Numbered from the stretch's first letter, positions 20,814 to 30,405 are shown. The stretch is DNA of 64,000 nt from Polyangiales bacterium (GCA_038230375.1 JBBRNJ010000006.1:134394-198393); one strand, 5' to 3'. The notes: a model not told the origin generated them from the letters alone. Made by a program: numbers and translations.

Positions 20814-21842
20814 ATGCCGAGCCCCCATCGTCCCCCTCGTTCTCTCGTCGTGCTCGTCGCGCCGTTCGGACTCGCCGCGCTGGGCGCGTTCGGTGCGTGC
20901 CGCTCCACGTGCAACGGCGAACAGGCAAGTGCTGACGCGGACGCGCCAGTCGATGCTGCCACTGCCGACGCATCGAAGAACCCGTGGCCCACGGCGGAGG
21001 AGACCAAGGTGAAGTGTCCAGAGCTGCTCACGGCCGCGCGCAAGGATGGAACGGTCGCAAACAAGTACGTGGTCCCCAGCGCCGACGAACGCGTCGCGAT
21101 TCGCGATGCGATTGCCCTGCTTTTCTCGCGCGGAAAGGATGGTCGCGCGGCCGCGGCCGCCAAGCTCGCGCCGCTGGGCTTCTCCATCGACGAGCTGCCC
21201 GAGGTGAAGAACGCGCTCGTCGTCCACGAGGACGAGGGCAAGCGTCGCGGTGGCGGCGCCTACGTCATCCGCCTGGACGAGACGAGCAAGGTCCTCGTGG
21301 AAACGCCACACACGTTCTACGACGAAGGCACGTTCCAGCTCGGCTACGACTTCTTCGTCCACACGCACGCACGCGCGTGGTTCCTGAACACGGTGCACCG
21401 CTACAAGGGAGCGCCGGCCGGAGCCGACGGTGTTCATCCGTCCGACGTTGCGCATTCGCCAGCGTCGTTCTTCCAGGCAGCCACCGAAGGAGCGGTGAGC
21501 GCGCTCGGCTCACCAACGGTCATCCAGCTTCACGGCTTCGCAGAGCGCGAGGCGGGCGGCCGCGCCGTGATCTCGACGGGCGAGAAGGCCAAGGGCAACA
21601 CGCTCCTCGAGAAGATGAAGACGGCGCTGGAGGCCGCCGCTGGCGCGCCGATTCTGAGATACCCTGACGACTCCAAAGAGCTCGGCGCCACGACGAACGT
21701 CCAGGGGACCGTCGTGCGAAACGCCAAGGGTCGCTTCTTCCACATGGAAATGTCCGAGAGCCTTCGCCGCGAGCTGCTCGTCTCCGAACCTCTGCGGACC
21801 CACACGTGGGACGCCATCTTGTCGGGCCTGGAACTCAAGTAA
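20814..21842 (+). CDS. Lipoprotein, putative Zn-dependent poly-gamma-glutamate hydrolase (PghP/DUF867-like)
   Basis: Lipobox FGAC; PHTFYDEGT (H-x4-E), IQLHGF, LGATTNVQG, HMEMSESLR; start placed at ATG 20814, one base after the upstream TGA. Confidence 0.6.
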   Translation: MPSPHRPPRSLVVLVAPFGLAALGAFGACRSTCNGEQASADADAPVDAATADASKNPWPTAEETKVKCPELLTAARKDGTVANKYVVPSADERVAIRDAIALLFSRGKDGRAAAAAKLAPLGFSIDELPEVKNALVVHEDEGKRRGGGAYVIRLDETSKVLVETPHTFYDEGTFQLGYDFFVHTHARAWFLNTVHRYKGAPAGADGVHPSDVAHSPASFFQAATEGAVSALGSPTVIQLHGFAEREAGGRAVISTGEKAKGNTLLEKMKTALEAAAGAPILRYPDDSKELGATTNVQGTVVRNAKGRFFHMEMSESLRRELLVSEPLRTHTWDAILSGLELK

Positions 21843-24800
21843 TGCTTCTTCGTCGGTTCGCGTTCATGACGGTGCTCGCGCTCGTGGCCATGGGCTGCGG
21901 TGCGCAGCCGAACCCGCGCGGCGCGCCGTTTGCGGCGGCCTCATTCGCCGACTTCCGCAGGGTGGAGCTCGCGAGCGGCTCGAGCGTTTCCGGCGACTCC
22001 GTGGACATCCTGGAGGTCCAGCCCGAGCAGACCTTCCGGCTCGAGGTCCCCGGCATGGCCACGCTCAAGGTCGGTGAGCTCGTGTCGAACGGCGCCACGC
22101 GCGCGGAGACGTGGCACGACGAGCCCGTGAAGGCCGGGACGATCGTGGTGCGCGCGGGTGTCACGACCACGCAGCTGCTGTTCGTGAAGGGCGCCGTGCA
22201 GTACGCGTGGGCAGCCGATCCGTTCGAGCCCGGCTACTACTGGTTCGACCACGAAAACCGCGTGCTCGACTGGTCCGATGGGGCGCTGCCGGCGCCGTTC
22301 CCCGAGGTCGCCTCACCCAATCGCCTCGACATGGATGGATTCGCAAAGCTGGATGCTGCGCTCGCGCGCGCGGTGAAGAAGGGCGCGTCGAAGGACGCCG
22401 CCGCTGCGATCCGGCGGATCGCAGGGCTTCGAGCGGTGCGCGCCCTGCGGCCCGTTCACGGCTTTCCCTATGCGACCGACCAGCTCGTGAAGGTGAACGG
22501 CAAGGGCGCCACATGGACCGTGGAAGAGCGCGAGCTCCGGCGCGTGTCGCCGGGTGAGCCAGCCGAGATCGCGGTCGAGGGGCCGGGCACGCTGCACGTG
22601 TGGGCGCGCGCGCAGCGCGACAACGTGGACGAGGTCGCGGAGCTGCTGGTGCTCGAAGGCACGAAGGAGCGCGGTCTGGGAGGCGGGACCGTGCTCCGCA
22701 AGCGCATGACCACCTACGACGATCCGGGCGCGGAGTCGCAAGGCGCCGCGTCCTCGTTGCGCCGCGCGATCGTCCATGTGCCTCCCGGCAGCCACACCTA
22801 CGCGGTGCAGTCGCGCTACGGCTCCACCTTCATCTTCGGCATCCTCACGAACACCATCGAGCACATCGAGACGGTGATCTCGCGCAGCAAGAGCGAGTCG
22901 AAGCTGATCCCGCGCGCGAAGGCCGCGTGTGGTGGAAGCGGCGGTGACGCTCCGTGTGCGTTCGCCAAGGCGCTCGCCGGAGAGGACTCGGACCCCAAGT
23001 TCGACGAGACACTTGGCAAGCTGGACGACGACGACAAGGTCGTGGTGGCGATGCTCAGCAAGGGCGGCCCTCGCGATCCCATCGCCAACCTGGAGCTCCG
23101 CGCGTCCGCTGGCGACCCGGAGTCGCTGCAGCAGATCGCAGTCGCGCTCGCGAAGGACATCGACGAGAACGTGCGCGGCGCGTACGAGCGCTCCGTTGCG
23201 CGCGGCACCACATGGACCATCACGGAGCCAGAGGGTCCCGCGTGGACCGTGGCGAAGCTGGACGTGAAGGAGCCCGGCAAGGACGGCGGTAAGGACGGGC
23301 CCACCTGCAACACGAAGCCGGAGTTCGCGGACCTTGCCGAGAACGAGGTCCCCGTCGCCACCAGCGTCTCGCACGAGAAGCACGTCGTGTCGCTCGTGGT
23401 CGAGGCCGCATGCGATGACAAGCGGCCCATCACGCTCGCCGTCGACGGGACCACCATCAAGTTCTCGCCGCTGCGTCCGAGCGGCATCCTGCACATCGCC
23501 GTCGCCGGGGAGACCGCGAAGGTGCGCGTCGTCGACGCCGCTGGTGCGAAGGTGCGCGCGGTCCTCGGTGCCACGCAGCCCGGCTGCGAGATCGATGTCG
23601 TCAGTGTGCGGGCGCCGCACGTGACGAGCACGTCGCCAGTCCTGGTCTTCGACAAGGAGCACGCGCCCGGCGTGGAGGTCTGGCTGAAGGATGGCGAGGC
23701 GAAGGGCGCCATCGACGTGTTCAAGGACGGCGTGAAAGACGGCGTCATGAAGACGACCCACATCGTGGTCGGCAAGCCGAAGGGCGGCCTGACCGCGCTG
23801 GATCCTGCGGGCGGCCGATGGATCCGCTCCGCCCGCGTGTTGCTCCCAGACTGGGCGGGCGAGGGCAGCGTGAAGGTGACTGGCTCCGACAAGATCGCCG
23901 TGCGCGCCATTGGACGCGAGGCACGTGTCGTTGGAACGCCCGAACAACAAGCCGCGAAGCAGGCCGGTCCCGAGCCGCTCTCCGAGCCCCTTCTCACGGA
24001 GGCAAGCCGCGCGATCCTTGCGGCGAAATCGAACGAGGAGAAGAGCGCTGCGTACATGGCGCGCGCGCTCATGCTCGCGAAGGGCGGCGCCGAGCGTGCT
24101 GCGCTGGAAGATGCGGCCGCCGCCGAGGCACTCGGCGTAGCCAATGCGGTCCAGACCGTGAAGGCGCAGATCAAACGCAAGCCGATCGCTGCCGGGCGAA
24201 CGGTGAAGAACGCATTCGGCGTGGAGCCCGATTTCGATCCTGGCGCCGTGAGATGCACGCCGTCGGCGGACTCGCCGCGCGTCAAGCTCGCTGCCATGGA
24301 GCAAGAACTGACCGAGAAGGGTCGCGTTGCCTACGACTCCGAGTTCGCGCTTCGCGCTGCGGAGCTTGCCTCGCAGATCCCCGACGACGTGCGCGCGGAG
24401 CATCTGCTTGCTCGCGCCATGGTGCGCGGTCGCTGGAAGTCGCGCCGCGACGCCGAGGGTGGGCAGCGGGTCCCACGCCCTGACGAGAAGGGCAAGGCCG
24501 GCGTGCTCGACGCCGACATGGAGCTGCGTCCGCGCATCCTTGCGGGCGCGCCTTTTGGCCAGGAGGACTTCGCGTCCATCTCCGCCGACCGCCCCGGCAA
24601 GATCAACCTGGGTCACTCGGGCGCGGTCAACGCCCATGTCGAGTTCGCATGCGTCGCGCGGGCGCCCGCCGAGGTGAAGGGGCCATGCCCGTTCGAGGTG
24701 GGCATTCCAGGCAAGCAGACGCTGAAGTCCACCGTGGGCGCGGATGGAAAGGGCATGATCGACGTCCCGCAGCTCGGCAAGGGCGCGATCGAGCTGCGCA

Positions 24801-26206
24801 TGGGGCAGGACGACGCGAAATGGATCGCCATCGCGCGCGTGAGCTTCGATCAGAAGCTGCCCGGCACGAAGGAGATCGAAGGGCGCTTCGTTCTCGAGGT
24901 CCCGCACGTCAGCTATCGCTACCTGGTGCGCGCAGGGCAGACCATCAGCGCCAAGTTCAAGAACCCTGCCCTCGTGCGCGTGGACGCTGCACTGGAGGCA
25001 GACGACTCTTCCGCAACGCTCGTGGTCCTGGCCGACGGCGCGGAGCTCGCGCTTGCGCCCGGCGAGTCCAAGGTGGTTGCTGTCCGCAATGGTCTGGTGC
25101 AGGTGAAGGGGAAGACCGGCCAGTCCACCGTGCAGATCTCGGAGCGCGTGCCGCTCGAGTCGGGCGACGGTGATGAAGCAAAGACCGAGGCGAAGACGGC
25201 GAAGAACGCCCCGAAGCTCGCCAGCGTCGAGCTCGACGCGGGAGAGGGCACGTACAGGGACACCGTTCTGAAGTCCCCCTTGCCGCTCTCGCCGCTCGAG
25301 AGCAACCTGGGCACGCTCGCGATCGAGGAGGCGTACCAGTTCGGCAACCAGCGCGAAGGCCTGAATCCACCGCGAGACCTGGACTCCTATCTCGCCTCCA
25401 TCATCGAGCTCCGACGAAGGATCGAGTCCATCAACCTCACGGGTACGCTGGGCGGCGTCGTGCGCCTCCGGGGCGGCTCGCCGACGGAGGGTGGCTACAT
25501 CATTCTGTACGAGGACGAGGGTCACACCCGCCTCCGCGTCACCAGCACCACCCTGCTCTTCACGCAGCGCATCCAGAACGACCAGATCTTCTCGCTACGT
25601 CCGCGCGGCTTCATCGAGTACAGCGCGCGCCTCGGCCAGGAGTTCTTCATCCTGCCGCGCCTCGGCTTCGACGGCTACTACACGAACGGCCCGGTCAAGA
25701 TTCCTTCTTCGGTCAACGTCGACGAGGACGTCTTCAACGAGTATCGCCGCAGCCGCCAGAGCATGGGGTTTCTGCAGCTGCTCGTCTGGTGGGTGCCATC
25801 GTTCAACAGCATCGCGTACCTCCGCGGGCGCGGTGCCTTCGACATCACGAACGGCCTCTTCAACCACGTGAGCGCGAGGCCGGGCCTGCTGACCGTCTTC
25901 GGCGACCTCGAGGTCGACGCGTTCTTCGACGCCAGCTTCTATCCGAAGAACCGCCTCGACACCCAGACCACTCCAACGTCGATCGGGTCCTCCATCTTCT
26001 ACACGGGCTGGGCGGTGCCCGGAAACATCGCGCTCGTGCCGCTCCTGGATCTCAACATCCGCACGGACACGGGCACCTACGCGGCCGCAGCGGGACTGCG
26101 CGTCCTCTCCAGCTTCCGTCGCGGCCTTCGTGACTTCACGTCGCTCGAGCTATCGTTCCCCGAGCAGACGTCGGGCGGCATTCCCTGGCGCGGAGAATCA
26201 CGGTGA
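21842..26206 (+). CDS. Very large lipoprotein with beta-sandwich/helical regions and probable C-terminal outer-membrane beta-barrel
   Basis: TAATG coupling; lipobox AMGC; last ~290 aa are aromatic-rich alternating strands (RGFIEYSARL, ILPRLGFDGY, LEVDAFFDASFY). Confidence 0.65.
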   Translation: MLLRRFAFMTVLALVAMGCGAQPNPRGAPFAAASFADFRRVELASGSSVSGDSVDILEVQPEQTFRLEVPGMATLKVGELVSNGATRAETWHDEPVKAGTIVVRAGVTTTQLLFVKGAVQYAWAADPFEPGYYWFDHENRVLDWSDGALPAPFPEVASPNRLDMDGFAKLDAALARAVKKGASKDAAAAIRRIAGLRAVRALRPVHGFPYATDQLVKVNGKGATWTVEERELRRVSPGEPAEIAVEGPGTLHVWARAQRDNVDEVAELLVLEGTKERGLGGGTVLRKRMTTYDDPGAESQGAASSLRRAIVHVPPGSHTYAVQSRYGSTFIFGILTNTIEHIETVISRSKSESKLIPRAKAACGGSGGDAPCAFAKALAGEDSDPKFDETLGKLDDDDKVVVAMLSKGGPRDPIANLELRASAGDPESLQQIAVALAKDIDENVRGAYERSVARGTTWTITEPEGPAWTVAKLDVKEPGKDGGKDGPTCNTKPEFADLAENEVPVATSVSHEKHVVSLVVEAACDDKRPITLAVDGTTIKFSPLRPSGILHIAVAGETAKVRVVDAAGAKVRAVLGATQPGCEIDVVSVRAPHVTSTSPVLVFDKEHAPGVEVWLKDGEAKGAIDVFKDGVKDGVMKTTHIVVGKPKGGLTALDPAGGRWIRSARVLLPDWAGEGSVKVTGSDKIAVRAIGREARVVGTPEQQAAKQAGPEPLSEPLLTEASRAILAAKSNEEKSAAYMARALMLAKGGAERAALEDAAAAEALGVANAVQTVKAQIKRKPIAAGRTVKNAFGVEPDFDPGAVRCTPSADSPRVKLAAMEQELTEKGRVAYDSEFALRAAELASQIPDDVRAEHLLARAMVRGRWKSRRDAEGGQRVPRPDEKGKAGVLDADMELRPRILAGAPFGQEDFASISADRPGKINLGHSGAVNAHVEFACVARAPAEVKGPCPFEVGIPGKQTLKSTVGADGKGMIDVPQLGKGAIELRMGQDDAKWIAIARVSFDQKLPGTKEIEGRFVLEVPHVSYRYLVRAGQTISAKFKNPALVRVDAALEADDSSATLVVLADGAELALAPGESKVVAVRNGLVQVKGKTGQSTVQISERVPLESGDGDEAKTEAKTAKNAPKLASVELDAGEGTYRDTVLKSPLPLSPLESNLGTLAIEEAYQFGNQREGLNPPRDLDSYLASIIELRRRIESINLTGTLGGVVRLRGGSPTEGGYIILYEDEGHTRLRVTSTTLLFTQRIQNDQIFSLRPRGFIEYSARLGQEFFILPRLGFDGYYTNGPVKIPSSVNVDEDVFNEYRRSRQSMGFLQLLVWWVPSFNSIAYLRGRGAFDITNGLFNHVSARPGLLTVFGDLEVDAFFDASFYPKNRLDTQTTPTSIGSSIFYTGWAVPGNIALVPLLDLNIRTDTGTYAAAAGLRVLSSFRRGLRDFTSLELSFPEQTSGGIPWRGESR

Positions 26207-29200
26207 GCCAGTACCCCCCGGCAGGCGTGCCGCCGAACGGCATGATGGCGAGCGTCCCGCCGCCGGGCATGCCTCTTCCATCGGCGGACTTGCCCGGGCA
26301 GCGTCGCGACGTCGACGACCAGGACACGCTCTTGCGGCAGGTCGCGCCCGAGGAGGTAGCAGCGGCGAAGGCAGCGTTGCCGCAGGGGCTCGCGGCGATG
26401 ATCCAGCGCGCGCACGAGCACCTCGCACGGGCCGAGATGTCGCGCCGGGCGTTCACTGCCGTATCGAAGGCCATGGAGGCGCCCGGCGCGTCCAAGGTGG
26501 CCGTGGTGGAGAGGTACCTTCGCGAGACCGCGACCAATCCCGCACAGCTCCAGGACGACATCAAGCACCTCAAGAAGCGACCGACCGAGGTCTTCGAGAT
26601 GCCCGCCCTCGGCGAGCGGGCCGCGAAGACCGCGATGAACGCGGAGATCGCCGCAGAGGTCTTCCTGTGCGTGGCGCTCGAGATCACCAACGCGCAGACC
26701 GCACGCATGATCCCGCTCCAGCAGCTGATCGAGCTCGCGGCCATTCCTGGGCGCTGGTCGCGTCGCGTGTGGGCGCTCCGTATCCTGCGCGAGATCATCC
26801 GCGCCTATCAGTCGCCCGTGCCCATTCCGGAATGCGTGCAACTTGCACGCAATCTCTTGCGTCGCGACGAGCACCGCTGGGTCCAGCCTGCCGCGCTCGC
26901 GCTGCTCGCAGAGACCGCAGAGCCCGAGGCCGTGCACGTGGCGAAGACGCGCTTCACGGAGCCAGGGCCGGGCGACGATTTCATCGTGCGAGAGCGCCTG
27001 GTGACCTTCGCTGGGCGCCGCGGTCCGGCCTGGAAGGATGTCATCCTGCTCGCGTCCAAGGACTCGAGCGAGCACGTGCGCCTCACCGCCGTGCGCTCGC
27101 TGGATGACTTCAACATCGTCGCGACCATCGCGACCGAGGACAAGAGTCATCGCGTTCGCGCGCAGGCCCTCATCTCGCTGACGTCACGATGGGGGCACCG
27201 GGCCGAGGCCATCCTTGCGCGCGCAGTCACCCAGGACAAGCACGCGATCACGGTCCGCACCGGCGGCGAGTTGCTCGTGCAGCTGGCCAAGGAAAAGAAG
27301 CTACGGAGCCGCGTCACCGCGCTCGAGTCGCTCGCCGAGGCTGCGGACCGCAAGGACCTCTCCAACGAGGGCCGCGAGAAGGTCGCCGACGCGCTCATCA
27401 CGGTCGACGTAGTCACCGACCCGCAGCTCCACACCATCTGGCATCTGCTCTCGCAGATCGTCGAGAAGGTCCCACCGGGCGGCGCCGTGCGCGTGGGCGG
27501 CCCCGCGTTCACGCAGGCCACGGGCGAAGGGCTCGCGCGCGTCCTGTCAGTGCTCGCTCAGAACGACTTCTCGTTGTCCGCGGATCGGCGCCCCGATGGC
27601 ATCACCGTGTACCGCGGTGAGCCGCGTCGCTTCGCGTCCTGGCGCGCCTGGTACGAGATCTGGCATCCCGCGCCCAGCAAGCGCCAGGCGTTCCCACACA
27701 CGTGGGCGCGTGCGCCTCGCGGTCACCTGCGCGCGCCGCCGAACGGCCTCGCCGAGATCACCGCAACGCGCGTCCCGGGTGAGCGCGTGCTCATCCCAAC
27801 GATCGGTGGCTGGGGTCGTCCGTTGCCCATGATGGACGACGTGAACTCCGTGCTCACGCTGTTCGCCAAGCCCGTGCTCATCGTGAGCAGCACGGGCATC
27901 ACCACGGTGACGCCGCCCGCGGATCCCGTGAGCCGTGTGATGTCGCGCCTCAAGCTCGTGTTCACGTATCCGAAGCTCGCGGACCTGCGAAAGCGCTCGC
28001 TGGACTCGGAGGAGCCGCTCGTGCAGGCCGCGTTCGTGACCGACCTCCGTCAGAAGCTCGGCGTCAATGTGGAGTTCTCCGCCCTCCCCTACGGACCACG
28101 AGGGATGCGCCTGGCGGCGCCCGCGCAGATCGTCGCGCCGCAGGCTCCGCAGCCGCCCATGATGCAGCCGCCCGGCATGATGCCCGGAATGCAGGGGGGC
28201 CCGATGCCTCCGCAGGGAATGCCTCAACAGGGAATGCCTCCGCAGGGCATGTCACGCCCACCCAATATGCGCGCGCTCTCGCCGCTGCTCGCGCTTGCAG
28301 TGCCTGGCCAGGAGCTGTGGCGCGAGCTGTCTGGCTACGCATCGTCGATGCACCAGAACCGGCTGCCGCACGTGGCCGGCTACGCGTCGCTCATCCTCTT
28401 TGGCATGGTGGTGCGCGGCGTCTTCATCAAGCGGAGCATCGACAAGGATCGGAAGGCAATCCCGCTGGTGCTCGGCGGCTGGGGCACACGTGGCAAATCC
28501 GGCACGGAGCGCATCAAGGCCGGCATGATCCAGGGCCTTGGCTACGAGTCGCTCGTGAAGACCACAGGCTGCGAGGCCATGTTCATCCACGCGCTCCCGG
28601 AGATCGCCGCGAAGGAAGTCTTCATCTATCGCCCCTACGACAAGGCGACGATCTGGGAGCAGCGCGGCCTCATGCGCCTGGGCGCGCGCCTTGGTATTCG
28701 CACGTTCCTGTGGGAGTGCATGGCGCTACAGCCGGATCTCGTCGGCCTCCTGCAGTCGCAGTGGGTTCGTGACGACTACTCCACCATCACGAACGCGTAT
28801 CCCGACCACGAGGATGTACAGGGCCCTGGCGGCTTCGACGTGGCCACGTGCATCAGCGAGTTCGTTCCCATCAAAGGCCGCCTCTACACGTCCGAAGATC
28901 AGATGCTGCCGATCATCCGCGAGCGCGCGCGTGAGCGCGACACGAAGATCACCGTCGTCGAGCACCGCGAGTCCGACCTCATCGCAGAGGACATGCTCGC
29001 GCGCTTCCCGTATCTCGAGCACCCGCGCAACATCGCGCTGGTCGCGTCGCTTGGTCGCGGGCTCGGTATTTCCAACACCGTTTCGATCGCCGAGATGGCT
29101 GACAACGTGGTCCCCGACCTGGGCGTCTTGAAGACGTACCCCCCGATCGAGCACGAGGGGCGCACCGTCGTCTTCACGAACGGCATGAGCGCGAACGAGC

Positions 29201-30405
29201 GCACGGGCGCGTGGTCGAACTGGGTCCGCATGGGCTTCGACAAGCACGATCCGGACGTGGAGCCGAAGCGCTACATCGTCACCGTCGTCAACAACCGCGG
29301 CGACCGCGTTGCGCGCAGCGAGGTCTTTGCGCGCTTCCTGTGCGAGGACGCTGGCGCCCACCGCCACGTGCTCATCGGCTCCAACGTTGGAGGCCTCTAC
29401 GGCTTCATCAAGACCGCGCTGGACAAGCATATCGGCACCATCGCGCTCACGAAGGATCTCGCCGGCACACCGGAAGAGCGCCACAAGATCGCGCGCGGCC
29501 GTCTGTCGAAGGCGCTGCGCTTCCTGAAGATCGCGCAGCCCACCGTGGACAGCGTGATGAAAGAGATCGCGGCCATGGGCCTGCCGCCGCTCGACCCCAA
29601 CATGGTGGCGCAGCTCCTCCAGCCCAGTCAGCCGGGTGAGCCTGTGGGCGAGAGCAAGCGCGTGGTGGAGCAAGCGCTCAACTCGCAGGGCAAGTTCGTG
29701 GTGGAGATGGTGTCACGCCGTCGCTGCGGCAAAGCGCTGGAGATGGCGGTCGATCAGCTGCTCGCGAGCGCGCCGGCTCGTCTCGAGCAGGTCTTCCGTG
29801 ACGCGTACACCATCCTCTTCATGGATGGCATCTTCCCGCTCCATGAGTACTCGCTCACGGGCGATCAGATCATCGACTACGTCGCGAAGCTGGTGCCGCC
29901 GGGCGCGAATGCCGCGATCATGGGCGTGCAGAACATCAAGGGCACCGGCCTGGACTTCGTGTACCGCTGGGTCTCTCACGACCTGGTGATGAAGGCCGTC
30001 GGCAAGCTGGAGAGCGGCACGCCGGCCGAGAAGGACCAAGCGCTTCGCGAGCTCGTCGTGCACGACGACTACGGCCTCATGGATGCGAAGATGGCGCTCG
30101 CGAGGCTGGAGCAGCTCAAGGCGAAGACCGGCACACAGGACTTCGAGGCGATCCTGGGCCGCCTCCGCGAGATCGTCCGCAAGCGCACCGCAGCGTTGAC
30201 CGCGTCGCGCGCCGCTACCTTCGGCGACAAGATCCGCGCGTTCATCGGCAAGACGTTCGACTACATGCATTCGATCCGCCGGCAGCAGCAGGCCGGCGAG
30301 GTCGTCGAAGATCTCGTCGCGGGACGCATCTCGCACGCCGCCGCCGCCATCCGCATGCGCGACGTGGTCGCCAGCGCCAAGGGCAACTGGATGAAGAAGA
30401 AATAG
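26203..30405 (+). CDS. capB: HEAT-like helical domain fused to CapB/PgsB-type gamma-glutamyl ligase (Mur ligase fold)
   Basis: After a TM: IPLVLGGWGTRGKS (P-loop), KTTG, IWEQ, WECMAL, ITNAYPDHEDVQGP, NGMSANE, NNRGDRVARS, GVQNIKG, collinear with PgsB motifs; GTGA coupling. Confidence 0.88.
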   Translation: MSQYPPAGVPPNGMMASVPPPGMPLPSADLPGQRRDVDDQDTLLRQVAPEEVAAAKAALPQGLAAMIQRAHEHLARAEMSRRAFTAVSKAMEAPGASKVAVVERYLRETATNPAQLQDDIKHLKKRPTEVFEMPALGERAAKTAMNAEIAAEVFLCVALEITNAQTARMIPLQQLIELAAIPGRWSRRVWALRILREIIRAYQSPVPIPECVQLARNLLRRDEHRWVQPAALALLAETAEPEAVHVAKTRFTEPGPGDDFIVRERLVTFAGRRGPAWKDVILLASKDSSEHVRLTAVRSLDDFNIVATIATEDKSHRVRAQALISLTSRWGHRAEAILARAVTQDKHAITVRTGGELLVQLAKEKKLRSRVTALESLAEAADRKDLSNEGREKVADALITVDVVTDPQLHTIWHLLSQIVEKVPPGGAVRVGGPAFTQATGEGLARVLSVLAQNDFSLSADRRPDGITVYRGEPRRFASWRAWYEIWHPAPSKRQAFPHTWARAPRGHLRAPPNGLAEITATRVPGERVLIPTIGGWGRPLPMMDDVNSVLTLFAKPVLIVSSTGITTVTPPADPVSRVMSRLKLVFTYPKLADLRKRSLDSEEPLVQAAFVTDLRQKLGVNVEFSALPYGPRGMRLAAPAQIVAPQAPQPPMMQPPGMMPGMQGGPMPPQGMPQQGMPPQGMSRPPNMRALSPLLALAVPGQELWRELSGYASSMHQNRLPHVAGYASLILFGMVVRGVFIKRSIDKDRKAIPLVLGGWGTRGKSGTERIKAGMIQGLGYESLVKTTGCEAMFIHALPEIAAKEVFIYRPYDKATIWEQRGLMRLGARLGIRTFLWECMALQPDLVGLLQSQWVRDDYSTITNAYPDHEDVQGPGGFDVATCISEFVPIKGRLYTSEDQMLPIIRERARERDTKITVVEHRESDLIAEDMLARFPYLEHPRNIALVASLGRGLGISNTVSIAEMADNVVPDLGVLKTYPPIEHEGRTVVFTNGMSANERTGAWSNWVRMGFDKHDPDVEPKRYIVTVVNNRGDRVARSEVFARFLCEDAGAHRHVLIGSNVGGLYGFIKTALDKHIGTIALTKDLAGTPEERHKIARGRLSKALRFLKIAQPTVDSVMKEIAAMGLPPLDPNMVAQLLQPSQPGEPVGESKRVVEQALNSQGKFVVEMVSRRRCGKALEMAVDQLLASAPARLEQVFRDAYTILFMDGIFPLHEYSLTGDQIIDYVAKLVPPGANAAIMGVQNIKGTGLDFVYRWVSHDLVMKAVGKLESGTPAEKDQALRELVVHDDYGLMDAKMALARLEQLKAKTGTQDFEAILGRLREIVRKRTAALTASRAATFGDKIRAFIGKTFDYMHSIRRQQQAGEVVEDLVAGRISHAAAAIRMRDVVASAKGNWMKKK

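Noticed and set aside
22313..25525. 1070-aa minus-strand ORF inside the cap-like operon
   Set aside because: Shadow of the coupled plus-strand lipoprotein gene, which has a lipobox and overlapping start/stop junctions
28440..29960. Ligase as MurC-F, FolC or cyanophycin synthetase
   Set aside because: GTRGKS/KTTG/ECMA/SANE/NxRxDR fit PgsB; no ATP-grasp domain or dcw context, and a CapC-like gene is in the same operon
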